64,000 bases of DNA, from contig CP000067.1 of the NCBI GenBank assembly GCA_000002445.1, forward strand, positions 1,280,001 through 1,344,000. Reading direction: 5' to 3'. The stretch is from Trypanosoma brucei (taxonomy: Eukaryota). The notes beneath the pieces are model-generated. The model saw only the letters and a program-made list of their open reading frames with translations. It made no database searches and was not told where the DNA came from. The position numbers and the translations under genes were made by a program. Shown one piece after another: positions 19,909 through 31,562 of the stretch (position 1 is the first letter of the stretch; each line of letters starts with the position of its first letter).

Positions 19909-20968
19909 TCAGCTTAATTCTGTTCCTATGATCACGTAGGGGCCCTAACAATAAGCAAAATGTAGTGTTTAAACGCACCCATCCGCAAAGGGCGTAGCGG
20001 TGGGCAGCGAAGTAAAAAAAAAAAGAGAATTCGTTGGAATAAGGCGTTAAGACGCGAGGGGAACGCACGGAAGATACAGGCATATATATATATATATATC
20101 TTTTAATTTATTTGCGCGCTTGCGCATAGTTTTGTCCCGAAAGTATCGCCTGCCTCACGGCAACGGCTGCAGGGGTGGTGGGTAGGGTGGGAAAGTGTTG
20201 AAGTATCAAAAAGAGATAGCCGCGTTGATGGCGATACCGCCAAAGTGGAATACAACAAGGAAACGGCTTGGGTAAGAAAAAGAAAAAAGAACAGAGAACA
20301 AATATAAAAAACAAGAAAAAAAAAGGGACAACAAACAGAACGAAAATAAGACAAGTGGAGGAAATAAGTAACCATAGTTAGTGGCAGACAAAGGAAAAAG
20401 TAATAAATGTATTGAAAAGTAGTGATACTTTCTTTAGTCTTTTCTCAGTTAATCCATTGAGCGCGCTACGCTATATGCATGTACACGACGCTTGCCACAC
20501 ACGTGTTAAGCGCCGCTACCGCAACTCACCAAGATTAAAAGAGAAAAGTAGGAAAAGAACTGGTAGTAGTAAGCGCTAAACAAGAAAAAAAAATAGAAAG
20601 TATTGGTTGAGTCCTCACTGCGTCACGGTTTCCCGTTACATAACCGAAATTACGCTTGTGCTCAGTGGACGGAAGACGCAGCTCAGTGTCTCTATAAATC
20701 AATGCGTACAACAGTAAATTAAATTTTAGAAAAAATAAAAAGAAACATTCTTGAGGCTTTTCTGAAGGGGTACAAGTTACCTTTTTGATTGGTTATTTGC
20801 TTAATGAAGCAAATAACAAAACGTACTCAATTATTGATGCAACCCATTAAATGGGTTTCGGGTTTTTTAAAAGGAAGTGAAAATATTATTATTTTTTCTT
20901 CATTACATTCGTGAGGTGTTGAATAAGGGCTGTTTGCACTCCCTCTCCTGCTACGCCGCCTCCCCTCC

Positions 20969-22390
20969 TTAAGAATACCTCTTAATTGTGTAGTAAACAG
21001 ACGCGCTCGTACCAAAGACAATTGCAACAACGCCCAGAATGAGCAATACATATGTCAAGATATACTGCACCCAGCCCACGCTTTGGCGTGTCCAACCACC
21101 GGCGTACATGATGAAGAGTGCGGGGAATATAAAGCCAATGAAACCACCGCAGAAGGCACCAACAAGTCCGAAGATGACGTTGATGTCTGGCACGAACAAA
21201 CCGAGAACGAGCGAACCGACAGCAAATGAAACACTGACGATACTGTGCCTAACATATGACATGGTATCCAGGTCCCACCGCAGCACCTGAAAGAGGGCTG
21301 TACGGCATGCGAGCATGTTAAGCGAAAACCCAGCGCAGAGTTTGACGATGATGCCAATGAAGCAAACAAAGAAGACGGGATTTGCGTAGGGGTCGTAAAG
21401 CTTCAGAACGGAGCCCTCCACCGTTGGGCCGAATTCTGCGTAGCCGAAAAATCCGGTGAGCAGGTAGACACAGCAGCAAATGGAGCAGCTCACCGCCGCA
21501 TCGCGGGTCATACGAGTGACGGAACGCTTCTTCATCTCAAAGAAGATGGAGAATGAGTTCACATGACAAAGATAAGCGAAGATGAATAGCGAAAGCCCTG
21601 CCACGGCGTCATTACCGGAACGGAACATGACAAGTTCCTGCTTGATGCCGCCATCGGTAACCATCTTTTCAGCCGAGTGCTCCACCACACAGATGGCGAA
21701 GAATAGGATGAACGAAACGCCGATCGCTGACGCATAGCGCAATGAATTCACCCTCTTAGGGAGCGTCAACGGAAAGATGAAGACAAACCAGATGGCACTC
21801 GTGAGCAGGCGGCGGCCGCCTTTGGACTGCAGATATGCCGGTACCTTTTCATGTGAAAGCAATCCTTGCAGTACGTCACCGATTGCCACCACATATCCAG
21901 AGGCACCGCCAAAGCACAGAAGCCACAACAGAAAACCCACAGCAATATCAGCACGGGGACCGAGTAGGTTACGCGCCATGGATTCAAAGCTGCGGTAGCC
22001 GGTCTTTTCCGCCGCAGACACAATCAGGAAGATGGAGAAGACGGTAAAAACCGTAACCAGCAGCAAATAGATGATTGCCATGATCATGCCTGATGTGTTG
22101 AAAGCGGATGGAATTGACATGATACCGGCGCCCAATGTAACACTTGCCAGGTTGAAGATGCCGGAAAGGGCACCACCGCGCGGTAAGATAAAGTGGAAAC
22201 AGCGCATCAACGCGTTGCCTTGTTCTTCGGGCTTTTGTGCTTCTCCAGATTTCTCCGGTGATTCCCCTTCACTCAAGTTGGAACGAGCGAGGAGGTTGTC
22301 TGCGAGAACATTTGGAGTGCGTAATGGTTCCGCTGTTGCCTCATTGGTAGGGCACTTGTTTGGCGCTTGTGCAGCAGCTTCAAATGTCAT
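20969..22390 (-). CDS. Amino acid transporter (AAT/AAAP family, PF01490-like), a divergent solo member
   Basis: The 473 aa ORF has ~11 predicted TM helices and shares motifs with the array genes (e.g. LRYASAIGVSFILFF, NVIFGLVGAFCGGFIGFIFPALFIMYAGG), with ~35-40% identity to them. Confidence 0.8.
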   Translation of the reverse strand: MTFEAAAQAPNKCPTNEATAEPLRTPNVLADNLLARSNLSEGESPEKSGEAQKPEEQGNALMRCFHFILPRGGALSGIFNLASVTLGAGIMSIPSAFNTSGMIMAIIYLLLVTVFTVFSIFLIVSAAEKTGYRSFESMARNLLGPRADIAVGFLLWLLCFGGASGYVVAIGDVLQGLLSHEKVPAYLQSKGGRRLLTSAIWFVFIFPLTLPKRVNSLRYASAIGVSFILFFAICVVEHSAEKMVTDGGIKQELVMFRSGNDAVAGLSLFIFAYLCHVNSFSIFFEMKKRSVTRMTRDAAVSCSICCCVYLLTGFFGYAEFGPTVEGSVLKLYDPYANPVFFVCFIGIIVKLCAGFSLNMLACRTALFQVLRWDLDTMSYVRHSIVSVSFAVGSLVLGLFVPDINVIFGLVGAFCGGFIGFIFPALFIMYAGGWTRQSVGWVQYILTYVLLILGVVAIVFGTSASVYYTIKRYS

Positions 22391-23714
22391 ACTTTCGCTT
22401 CCTTGTGGTTGTTAACGAGAAAAAAAACTCAACTTCCTGGTGATATTAGTTATTCTACTCCAAATTAAAAAGATAAGGGAGGAAGAAGAAGTTGAGGAGA
22501 GTCACTTCTGTCACACAACCAAGGTTATACAGACAGAAACTAACGTGTAATAACCACCGAAGTGGTAATACAAAGGTATTTAATGAGGCTCTGCCGTTGC
22601 GCATAATTACGCATGGGGAGAAACATTGGGCGAAGAAACCAAAGGGAAGGGAGGTTAATTACAGAGAGCAGCCGAAACAGGCTTCATGTGCCTGAGGTGC
22701 ATACTCTCTCCTTACCTTCCACAGTGTTTCGCCTCGAGTGTAATGATACTTGCAATAGCACTAAAACACAATGTGAAACACGACAATCGTCTCTAAACAT
22801 GACGATCTCTCGATGATTACCTTGGGGGGGGGGGAATTGGCATTTTCATACAATTTGCATCGTTTTCCCGTTAATTTCCTCATAGTTGCTGTTCTTGTTT
22901 CCAGTCGCTTCCGGTGAAGGAGTCTGGGACTTGAAGCATTTAAAATAAGGTGATAGTTTTTTTCTTTGTTTGCATTGCCAGACTCACGCGCTGAACTCCG
23001 CCCACCAAAGGTCATGCTTAAACGCAGAAGTTGTACCACCCGTCCCACTCGCCTTTCACCATTCACCTACACAAACGGACTGAAAAGCGCTGTGAACTGC
23101 TTCAACAACAGTTCCCAAGTAATTTCCAAGATGATTCCCTGCGCGGTCACACTCAAGAAAAAAAAAAGAAAAAAAAGAAAAAAGAAGTCAAAAGTCACTT
23201 ATTTGAAACCGACATCATCCGGTAACGTTTGCTTAATTTCCTGGCGCATACACATGCACGTGCGCACGAGGCACACGTGTCTGCATGCACGACGTACAGA
23301 AGTAGTAGAAACAAGGGGTAAAGAACCCAAATGCCGGAAAATATCACGCTTAATGGTGACAACACGCTGAAAGACTCGGAAGACGGAAGCCGAAACAACA
23401 ACAACAACAAAACGGAACATTAGTAAGATATATATATGAATCACCTCACATGTAACTGTGGGTTGCTCGCATTGGTGCAGGGTTTGTTACGTAATCCGCG
23501 GCGGCTGCTAGGCAGTGTTTTCATCTATTACTCTTTGAACCACATCAAATCCTTTTATTATTATTATTTTTTTCTTATTAACACTCCAAATATCTCTTCC
23601 TTCCGCTCTTCCGAAGACTTATCGTGTCTTTGAAAAGACGGAAGGGAAATAAACAAACAAACACAAAATTTATGGGGGTTAAGTAGGATATCACTCTGCT
23701 TCCTTTCACTGATT

Positions 23715-25109
23715 CTACTCCCTATGAGGTTTTGAATTCTTTGGTACAGCCTGCCCCTCAACACCGTCACCATCGTCGTCATCTTCAGAGCGAATATCAT
23801 CTACTCGTTTCCCTGTCAATGAGTTAATTGCAATTTTCATAATGAGTGTGAACCAATAGACATGTAGTCCTTGCAGGACTCCTTGCAGAAGAATAATGAG
23901 GAGACAGTAACTCCCCGTGAACATCCGTATCTTCACTCCGTATACGATATTCGCTAAAGCCAAATAGGGCAGGCACACCAACCTGAAGAATACGAAAAAT
24001 AGGGTAAACAAAGCAAAACATACATTTACTGTGATTTCATTAAATATAACTCTATAGAGAAGGGAGGGCTTCGCCTTTGTTTGTTTGTCCCCACCTCCAT
24101 TGTTTTTTAATCTCTGCGCGCGCTTACCTTCTGCAGATACAACATAGTTGATGACTTTTCCGGCGGCCAGCATGATGTCACTCGCATCATGAATGAAAAG
24201 CACGTACACCCCGAAGCGATGCTCGTAACTGCAGTGGGAGAAAACAATGAGCGCACAAGTCACAATATGATGGACAAAGTACTCCACAAAATCGGAACGC
24301 CTGATGTCATTTTCTACCGGAAGCGCCAGCATTTCTGAGAAATAGAAACCGAGTCCTGACTGGTAATAGCACATTAATCCCCCATCAGGCTTGTAAGGAT
24401 GCGGGGTCAGTAGGGCAATGCGGTTCGACTCGCTCACGGGAAGACCAAACCACGGTTTTGTGCACTGTACAGCGTATCCAAATACAGCGGATATGATGTA
24501 ATAGACGGTTAGCCATACCTGATTCTGGAACTTCCTCAGTTTTCGGCGCTGTGCGTTGTTCAAAGTTGCCTTACTGCCATCCTTTGGCACCACGACTTGT
24601 AGCCAGAGTCCGAACCGCGAAAGCTGCCTTTGGGCAAAAATACGAAAGATCAAAAAGGCGAGGGTCCACGGCAAACACAACAATAATTGTGGGAGTACCG
24701 TCACGTCGAAACCAGCACCTCCCCAGCCGCCACTCTGCAGTATAAACTGCACGGGACTGGTCAGCAGTTGCGCCCATTCTTCGCCTGTTAGTGTGATGTT
24801 GTTCGCTAGTTTGTCTGATGCCTCACTCCCGGTGTGGTTGTAGTAGGACACGAAACCATACTCCCGTGCTCGTTCTGGCGTCATTGCGTACATGTCCCCC
24901 AAAGGTTGCCGGGCCATGGGGCAACAGTGGAAGGCAACTGTTGGAGTAAATTGTGTTGCACTGAACTTCCCTGAGAATACCCTGCTTAGACTGAAATTGC
25001 GACGGAAAGGGGGTAAAAATAAAGAAAAGAAATCGGGATTAGTGCAAAGGCAGGCGACACCAGGAGGGAATGGAGAAGTGTCTGGCGCAGAAAATGAAAA
25101 CGGTCGCAA
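23715..25109 (-). CDS. TLC-domain protein, ceramide synthase (Lag1/LASS)-like
   Basis: The 464 aa ORF contains the Lag1 motif FVEYFVHHIVTCALIVFSHCSYEHRFGVYVLFIHDASDIMLAAGK (HH...Y..R.G..VL..HD.SD..L...K) within a multi-TM region. It has an acidic C-terminal tail. Confidence 0.65.
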   Translation of the reverse strand: MRPFSFSAPDTSPFPPGVACLCTNPDFFSLFLPPFRRNFSLSRVFSGKFSATQFTPTVAFHCCPMARQPLGDMYAMTPERAREYGFVSYYNHTGSEASDKLANNITLTGEEWAQLLTSPVQFILQSGGWGGAGFDVTVLPQLLLCLPWTLAFLIFRIFAQRQLSRFGLWLQVVVPKDGSKATLNNAQRRKLRKFQNQVWLTVYYIISAVFGYAVQCTKPWFGLPVSESNRIALLTPHPYKPDGGLMCYYQSGLGFYFSEMLALPVENDIRRSDFVEYFVHHIVTCALIVFSHCSYEHRFGVYVLFIHDASDIMLAAGKVINYVVSAEGKRAQRLKNNGGGDKQTKAKPSLLYRVIFNEITVNVCFALFTLFFVFFRLVCLPYLALANIVYGVKIRMFTGSYCLLIILLQGVLQGLHVYWFTLIMKIAINSLTGKRVDDIRSEDDDDGDGVEGQAVPKNSKPHRE

Positions 25110-25345
25110 GGATATGCCTCCGTCCCCAGAAAACGGCTTTCGCTACTTTTTTTTTCCTCTGTTGTGATGGCACTTGATGGGAAATTTACTTCACTTTCCA
25201 GGGGTTTACTACAGGAACTTTAGTAGTTGACCTGTTTCTACAATGTTGTATAACCACTGGATGCAACACAGTGATACAAACGCGTCAGCGCTTTCCTACC
25301 CCAACTAGGTGTAACTCGTCGCGGTATCCCTCATTCGCTAATTCT

Positions 25346-26617
25346 TTACGATCTTGCTGCTGTTTTCCTCACAGCAGCATCCGACACTTGGGCACTGGCT
25401 CCAACGTTTCTAGCGGGCTCACTACCTTTTACTATCGTGTTGGAGGCAACAACTGCTGCAAGTGCACTAGGGGCAAATAACTTCAGCCATGGAAGCGAGC
25501 GTGGTGGTGGGCCCTGAGAGGCGTAACAAAGCTGCCATCCATATACCCACGAGAAGGAGCTCCCGAGTCGTAGGTAATCTTCCAGCGTGTGGGCGATAAA
25601 AAATAGCTCATCACATTCTTCTGAACTGCCATTACCGTTCGCCACTTCAACTTCTCCATCCGTTACCACTCCATTATTGCATTCTTGCTGCTTCTGTTGG
25701 TATTTAACGCGCCCCCATATCTCAGGATTATGATCTGGTACGTGCTCTCCAATGCCAGGAAACGTAAGGTGTCTAAAATCATACACCAGCAGTACCTCAC
25801 ACGCCTCACCAGCCCCACACGTTGTAGCCAAAGTACTTACCCCCTCCTCTCTGGCAACACGATTCACCACGTCCCGCAATGAAGCATACGGGACACATGG
25901 CGACAAAAGAAAGAACCGCGGCCAACATTTTTCAGCCCAATTTTCGTCATCTTCGGCGCCCTGGCTGTCGCTCGATGTCATTTCCATACCTTGATTAGCT
26001 GCATTCTTTTTGGACGTGTGACGATACATTGCTTTGGCTTGTTGCGACAGCCGCTCCGTGACGTCGACGATTCCCTCAAGTGCATTGATGCATAAAGAAA
26101 TGATTGGTTGGAGTGTGGTTTTTTTCGTCGCCGACGTCCCGACACTGCGGCGACAATGTTGCTCTACGGCTGCCGCAGGCTCGAGGACGCCCAACAAGCA
26201 AAGGGATTCACTTGCTTTTACAAGTCCGATATCAGCTAAAAGAAGTAACAATGCCGCAGGTAGGAGCGGACGAACTCGGAACTGTTGCTCTGACTGAGAA
26301 CGCAGAGGATCTAGCGAACGGATCCAGCTATTGCTCCACGCTTCAGCGCTCTGACGCAGTTTTTCCACCTCCTGAACCTTGTTAGGATTCTTCTCAGATA
26401 CAGCTCTCTTACCTGTCGCTATAAGAGTTTCTTGCAGCTCTGTGCCATGTACTGCCTTCTCCTCGCCGAGTTTGATGAGGAAAAAGGAAACACCATACTT
26501 TGTAGCTACCCGGTTAGTAATCGTCTCTAAGAATGATGAGGCGGGAGCACTAGCGGATAACGTCCCACTGGTATTTCTATGTGGAGATCGCGTTGCCTTT
26601 GACCTCGATGCTTGCAT
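25346..26617 (-). CDS. Hypothetical protein
   Basis: The 423 aa ORF is uninterrupted and its codon usage is similar to neighbouring genes. The C-terminal half (...FFIAHTLEDYLRLGSSFSWVYGWQLCY...) could not be assigned to a family from memory. Confidence 0.45.
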   Translation of the reverse strand: MQASRSKATRSPHRNTSGTLSASAPASSFLETITNRVATKYGVSFFLIKLGEEKAVHGTELQETLIATGKRAVSEKNPNKVQEVEKLRQSAEAWSNSWIRSLDPLRSQSEQQFRVRPLLPAALLLLLADIGLVKASESLCLLGVLEPAAAVEQHCRRSVGTSATKKTTLQPIISLCINALEGIVDVTERLSQQAKAMYRHTSKKNAANQGMEMTSSDSQGAEDDENWAEKCWPRFFLLSPCVPYASLRDVVNRVAREEGVSTLATTCGAGEACEVLLVYDFRHLTFPGIGEHVPDHNPEIWGRVKYQQKQQECNNGVVTDGEVEVANGNGSSEECDELFFIAHTLEDYLRLGSSFSWVYGWQLCYASQGPPPRSLPWLKLFAPSALAAVVASNTIVKGSEPARNVGASAQVSDAAVRKTAARS

Positions 26618-26887
26618 CTTCTCAACTAGATCTATTCGTCACGCGACCAAAATTGTCAGCGCACCACTGCGTCTTTACTGTTTTCTTTGTGTTCTTTTTG
26701 CGCTTACAAAAAAAAAAATGTGAAAAGCGATGAGGCAGGGAGGGGGTTGGAGAAAAGGCAGTAATAAACAGTAGCGGCTAGGTATAAATGCAGGCGGGGG
26801 AAATTGCCAATGTGAGAGCGCAAATGCGGTAATGGCATGTCGGCATGAGGCAAACAAAATACGAGCAACAACAGGCGGCACCCCTTT

Positions 26888-29749
26888 TTACGCTCTGTAA
26901 ACAAACTGCTCCCTGTCTTCTTGGTCACGCACAATATACTCCTTATCAATTAATCTTCTCAACACCTCCTTGAACTCAACATCACTTAGTTGAAAATGAT
27001 GTCGAAGTGACTCTTGGGTGAACTGAAATAAATCCTTGTAGGAGCCGTGCTGTACTGTTTTCAACCGGTGCATTACCGCAGCCTGAATCGCCCCTATCCG
27101 TGTCTCTTGTAACCCTTTGGCAGCCTTTTCGTTCGTTCGGGTGCACGTCGTCAACTGCTTCCGTTGGGAACGCTCGGGGAGGAGGTTGAAATGTGTGTGT
27201 GACGAAGTGAATTCAGGGTTGAGACGGAGAGCTTGCTGTGAAGCGGTATCGGCTCTCTCGGCCACCTTCGCTTCTTCCTCTTGTGGAAGCACCAGCAATC
27301 CGTTAAAGATGGGCTTGCGGAGCTCTTGCTGCAACTTCGCCGTTTCCCATTCAACCTCCTTGGCCAAATTTTCCCACGTAACGCCCGCGCCCGCAGCCTC
27401 GCTAAGGCAGTTGAAGATCTCGTAGTGTTCCAAGGATCCCGTTACCAGCTTCTTCCCGCGGGGGTATGCGATATCAAAGGTTACACGTTCAAATGTGGTT
27501 CGAATCCATATCAGACGGCGCGTTGAATGCCGGTTCTGATAGAACGCGGAGAAGCCGTCCATGGTGTTCTTCAATGGCCTTGGTACGCGCTCCAGTTTGG
27601 GATATACGGGCCAAGCATGAGGTGAAAGAATGCTTGTGGTGAGTTTGACGGAGAGTGCTGCATTTCCAATATCCTGCATCTGCTGTTGGTTAAAAGCCTC
27701 CGACATCTCATTGGCCGTTTTAACATCTTCGCACATCTGTACCATATGCTGGACCGCCTCACGGTCGCCGGGAAATAGTTCCATCAGATAGCGGCACATG
27801 GATCCCTCAAACTGAAGCCTCTCGTGACGCAGTTCCTCAGTGCTCACGGCGTTATCGTGAGGTTTCGGATGAAGGATGCTCAGTAATCGGATAGCGAGGT
27901 TTTCCTTATAGAAACTGAACAATTGAGTCCGACCGGAGAGGCCCTGTATAATTCGAAGTGCCGCTCGGAGGTCCTCATTGCCGCTCAGGGAACCGTTGCC
28001 TGTTGCCGGTGATGTCTCGTTGCCTCTGAGCAAATACTCGTACACATTGTAAAGAAGTTCTTCAACAAGCGCGCTGGCACCGCGCAGCTGGTGTTGATGA
28101 TTAGCAAGTGCTGTCTCTAGAATGTAGTAGAAACAGCCTTTAGTGTCGTTATCGCTGGTCCTCGTACCGAGTAAGCAAGCTTTGAGTGCTTGGATGCCGC
28201 AGAGGCAGTCAAACACACGCTCCGTACGGATCAAATACGTGATTAAACGCTGAAGTTGCTTTTTTGGCGCATCGTTACTCAACAAGAAGGAGTTCACTGA
28301 AAGGGGTATTTGTTCCTGCAACAGCCTTCTGCACACACTTGCCATTACAAAGGAACCAATGTCCTTGTTCCCATTAGCAACGTTTTGTGTCAATAGGGGG
28401 CCCACACCTATACAGTCCCAATAATGAATATCACGGCACAGTGGTGAACCAATACACGCCATAACATCTGCAACCTCCAAAAGGAGTTTCAACGGATCCT
28501 TTTTTTCGCCGGAAGTGGTACGCTCAGTTGAAAGAGCCTCTACTGACTGCGAGTTAGCAGTGCTCGGTGTAAACTCTTTGTTGTCAACAGCAGGAACACC
28601 AAAGAGGTTGTCAAACATTGGTTGAAGTGTCAGCAAGAGCAAATGAAAAAGGTACGTATCGTCAGCGTCAACTGGGGAGCCCTCCACGCCACTTGCCATG
28701 CCTTCACCGCTGAGACTTTCTGGGTTCCATAATAACGCCATGTTTAACATAATAGCCTTCACCCACTCCTTGTCCACGCTGGGGATATCACCTAATATTG
28801 TGAGCTCACTGAGCCAATACTGTGGCCACCTTTCCAGGACAAAAACTTGGCGTGTCTCAACGTTGTTCGCCTTGCGTTCCAACATTGCCAAAAGCGCATG
28901 GCGATTGAAGTACATTTCACATCCTTCAACTACGCTGCGGAGTGCAGTTACGATGATACGCCTCTCCGCCGTGCGAGCATCGCAGCTGAAGAGCATGATG
29001 AGTTGACAAATATCTGCCAGGGCGGTTTGCAACTGCTGCCGCAGTGGAGGCGGAAGTTTGGCGCTTGAATTGGTGCCTTTCCACTGTAGCTGGCGGCACC
29101 ACCGAAGCGTCCACGTCAGCAACTGTTCCAAAAGCAACAGTTCAGCCCCCTCGCTAAAGTTGTCGATAATTACTTTGTGAAGAAGTTCCTCAAACTTGCT
29201 AGTATCTCCCAAATTCATGTCCCATGCGAAGAAAAATGCCACCAGGGCTGGAAGCCGTCGGATGACGTTCCGAAGCTCCATCGCATGTTGGATTGCCTCA
29301 AGTGATTTTTCTCCCTCAAATGTGACGTTTTCATCGGGAACGCCCTGTCCCTGTGGTGGCAGTTGTTGTTCCCCTGATTTCTCCCTTTCACGCTCACGTA
29401 TTCCCGCCAGGCACCTTTCCATCTCGCGGAGTTCATAACTAACGATTCCTGTCACCCAGTATAACAGCAGAGCATTTACATTGTGCGTGCAGCGAAGGCT
29501 GTTGTATATTTCGTTGTACCACTGCAACCACTTCTTACGACGTGTCACGGGTGTTTCCGTTTCTTCATTTCGGAACAGCAGAAGCTCGCGGTTGAGCGTC
29601 ACTTCGAAGAGATCACGAAGCGAGGCTGAGAGGTACTGCGGTCGTTTTGTTTCCCCCGCGGCGTATGCCTGCCGAAGCTTCTCTTCGTAGCTGAGTCCGT
29701 CGGAGGAGGTTTCCTCTGCAATAAGAGGAGGCGGGAGACTCGTTTTCAT
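26888..29749 (-). CDS. Cullin family protein (ubiquitin ligase scaffold)
   Basis: The 953 aa ORF has a C-terminus IQAAVMHRLKTVQHGSYKDLFQFTQESL...LIDKEYIVRDQEDREQFVYRA. This aligns with the cullin winged-helix/neddylation region (IDAAIVRIMKMRK...[21 protein letters not shown]), including the conserved Lys. The N-terminal part is long and helical. Confidence 0.8.
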   Translation of the reverse strand: MKTSLPPPLIAEETSSDGLSYEEKLRQAYAAGETKRPQYLSASLRDLFEVTLNRELLLFRNEETETPVTRRKKWLQWYNEIYNSLRCTHNVNALLLYWVTGIVSYELREMERCLAGIREREREKSGEQQLPPQGQGVPDENVTFEGEKSLEAIQHAMELRNVIRRLPALVAFFFAWDMNLGDTSKFEELLHKVIIDNFSEGAELLLLEQLLTWTLRWCRQLQWKGTNSSAKLPPPLRQQLQTALADICQLIMLFSCDARTAERRIIVTALRSVVEGCEMYFNRHALLAMLERKANNVETRQVFVLERWPQYWLSELTILGDIPSVDKEWVKAIMLNMALLWNPESLSGEGMASGVEGSPVDADDTYLFHLLLLTLQPMFDNLFGVPAVDNKEFTPSTANSQSVEALSTERTTSGEKKDPLKLLLEVADVMACIGSPLCRDIHYWDCIGVGPLLTQNVANGNKDIGSFVMASVCRRLLQEQIPLSVNSFLLSNDAPKKQLQRLITYLIRTERVFDCLCGIQALKACLLGTRTSDNDTKGCFYYILETALANHQHQLRGASALVEELLYNVYEYLLRGNETSPATGNGSLSGNEDLRAALRIIQGLSGRTQLFSFYKENLAIRLLSILHPKPHDNAVSTEELRHERLQFEGSMCRYLMELFPGDREAVQHMVQMCEDVKTANEMSEAFNQQQMQDIGNAALSVKLTTSILSPHAWPVYPKLERVPRPLKNTMDGFSAFYQNRHSTRRLIWIRTTFERVTFDIAYPRGKKLVTGSLEHYEIFNCLSEAAGAGVTWENLAKEVEWETAKLQQELRKPIFNGLLVLPQEEEAKVAERADTASQQALRLNPEFTSSHTHFNLLPERSQRKQLTTCTRTNEKAAKGLQETRIGAIQAAVMHRLKTVQHGSYKDLFQFTQESLRHHFQLSDVEFKEVLRRLIDKEYIVRDQEDREQFVYRA

Positions 29750-30578
29750 CCCTTCCTTCCTTTTCTTCCTTTTCTTTCCTTTTCGTCCCCCCTACTTCAC
29801 CTCACCTATCATTTGTAGTTAGTTTTACAGATGTACGAGATGGGTAGAAGCCAGTGAAACAGTTCCGGTTTGATCAACAGCCCCCTACCTTTCTTGTTAT
29901 TATTGAATGCTTCAGAAAAATGATTGGTGTGTATTTTCCCTTCTTATTTTTCCCTGACCCCCTAACACTGATGTGATTAATGAGGAAAAGCACGACCACT
30001 ACTCAATGTTAGCACAAGGCAAAGATAACTCAATCGCTGTTGTTTTATGTTATGGTATTAAAATGACAAAAGGGGGAAAGTTGTTTAGAGTTTGTATTAT
30101 CCTTCACAAGCGAGTAGCCGATACACCAAACAATCAGTTGTAGTGGTGCCTCACCTGCAATAAAGTAATAACGATATTAATGTTAATAACAATGCAAACC
30201 ATATTAGGTAAATAAATATTAAATAAATAAATATATATATAAATGTATTATATACACAAGTGTGAGCACATGAAAAAGTGCATGATGTGTACTTGGGTTT
30301 CGAATGCTTGGCAAAACAATCTAAATACCGCTAAGGTGATCTTAAAAAATAAAAAAAGTAAAACTCTAAAAATGGCAAGCGGGCGGAATAAAAACGAAGT
30401 CAGTAAATGATGACAACAACAACAACAATGATACCAACAAAAGTATCATGTCAGATGAGAAGTCCACCACTCCATCTCGTAAACAACCTTCTATGGTTTG
30501 AACACACTGGTAGATCACCAGCATTGGCTCCACACATCACTACGCTCTATACGACGCGTGGGATTCCATGATAACGAG

Positions 30579-31562
30579 TTACCCCGCCGCGTATTCTTCT
30601 CCTTCTTCCTCATCTGATGCAAAGAGGGAATTGGATGAAGATACGGAAAGGTGCATATGGGAAGGAAAGGAAAAAGAGAAGGGATAGAGTGAAAGTGGAA
30701 AAGAAGACAACATCGTTGGAGGGGCACACCTGTTAGCAACTATACAACGAGCGGGCTCCGTGGCCACACTACTTATGTCACTGCTGCTTTCGCTACTGGA
30801 TCCAGCACAACCGTCTCTCAATACACATTCCAAAGGCACCTCCCCACGCGGCCCATCCCAATGAGGGCCAACGAAATAACAGGATCTGCCATAAACTATG
30901 TGACTCTCATCGCGTGAACCGCCTCTCACAGTTGATGGAAAACAACTGGAGAGCGCGCCGCCGGCGTGCTGTGGGTCTGTACCGGTTGTCCATCCAGCAG
31001 GACTGCTACTTTCTTCCTCATCCCACTGTTGCTCACCTTCTAAAAAAGGTATGGCATCTGGTTCATCTGCTGCTAATAACAGGGCGGGAAGCGGTACAGC
31101 AATACGGTTGCTCAACCCCCATGACGGGAAATGCCTGGTTTCTGTTAATGCGCTGTTTGTCATTTGGTTAGTAGGTGAAACAACCATTCCCTCAACAGCA
31201 AGTTGGTGAAGAAGGCTTACATCATCTGTCGTGAGAGGGTGTATTTGCTGTCGCGCCATACGTTCATCAGCGGCATTAGGGATTGCATTGCCGTCCGTAA
31301 TGCCGCCAACACCACTACCGCCATTGAATATGACCGCCTCACCTTGATGTCGGTAATCACCAACAATTAAAGGAGGATAGTGTTGTGCAAGCGTCACAAC
31401 TGCAGTTTGGCCCGCTGTGCCATCTAAACCGTTGGCCACTCTTTCCCTAATCTGCATTCGATGCGCTGAGCGACGCACGAGCACAACTACCAGCGCAATC
31501 AATACGCATATGTTCACAAACACCAGCAGCGCTAGCATCACGTAAAGAATGGAAATCGGCAT
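30579..31562 (-). CDS. Hypothetical single-pass membrane protein
   Basis: The 327 aa ORF has an N-terminal TM helix (MPISILYVMLALLVFVNICVLIALVVVLV) followed by a Ser/Glu-rich tail. It has no recognised domain. Confidence 0.4.
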   Translation of the reverse strand: MPISILYVMLALLVFVNICVLIALVVVLVRRSAHRMQIRERVANGLDGTAGQTAVVTLAQHYPPLIVGDYRHQGEAVIFNGGSGVGGITDGNAIPNAADERMARQQIHPLTTDDVSLLHQLAVEGMVVSPTNQMTNSALTETRHFPSWGLSNRIAVPLPALLLAADEPDAIPFLEGEQQWDEEESSSPAGWTTGTDPQHAGGALSSCFPSTVRGGSRDESHIVYGRSCYFVGPHWDGPRGEVPLECVLRDGCAGSSSESSSDISSVATEPARCIVANRCAPPTMLSSFPLSLYPFSFSFPSHMHLSVSSSNSLFASDEEEGEEYAAG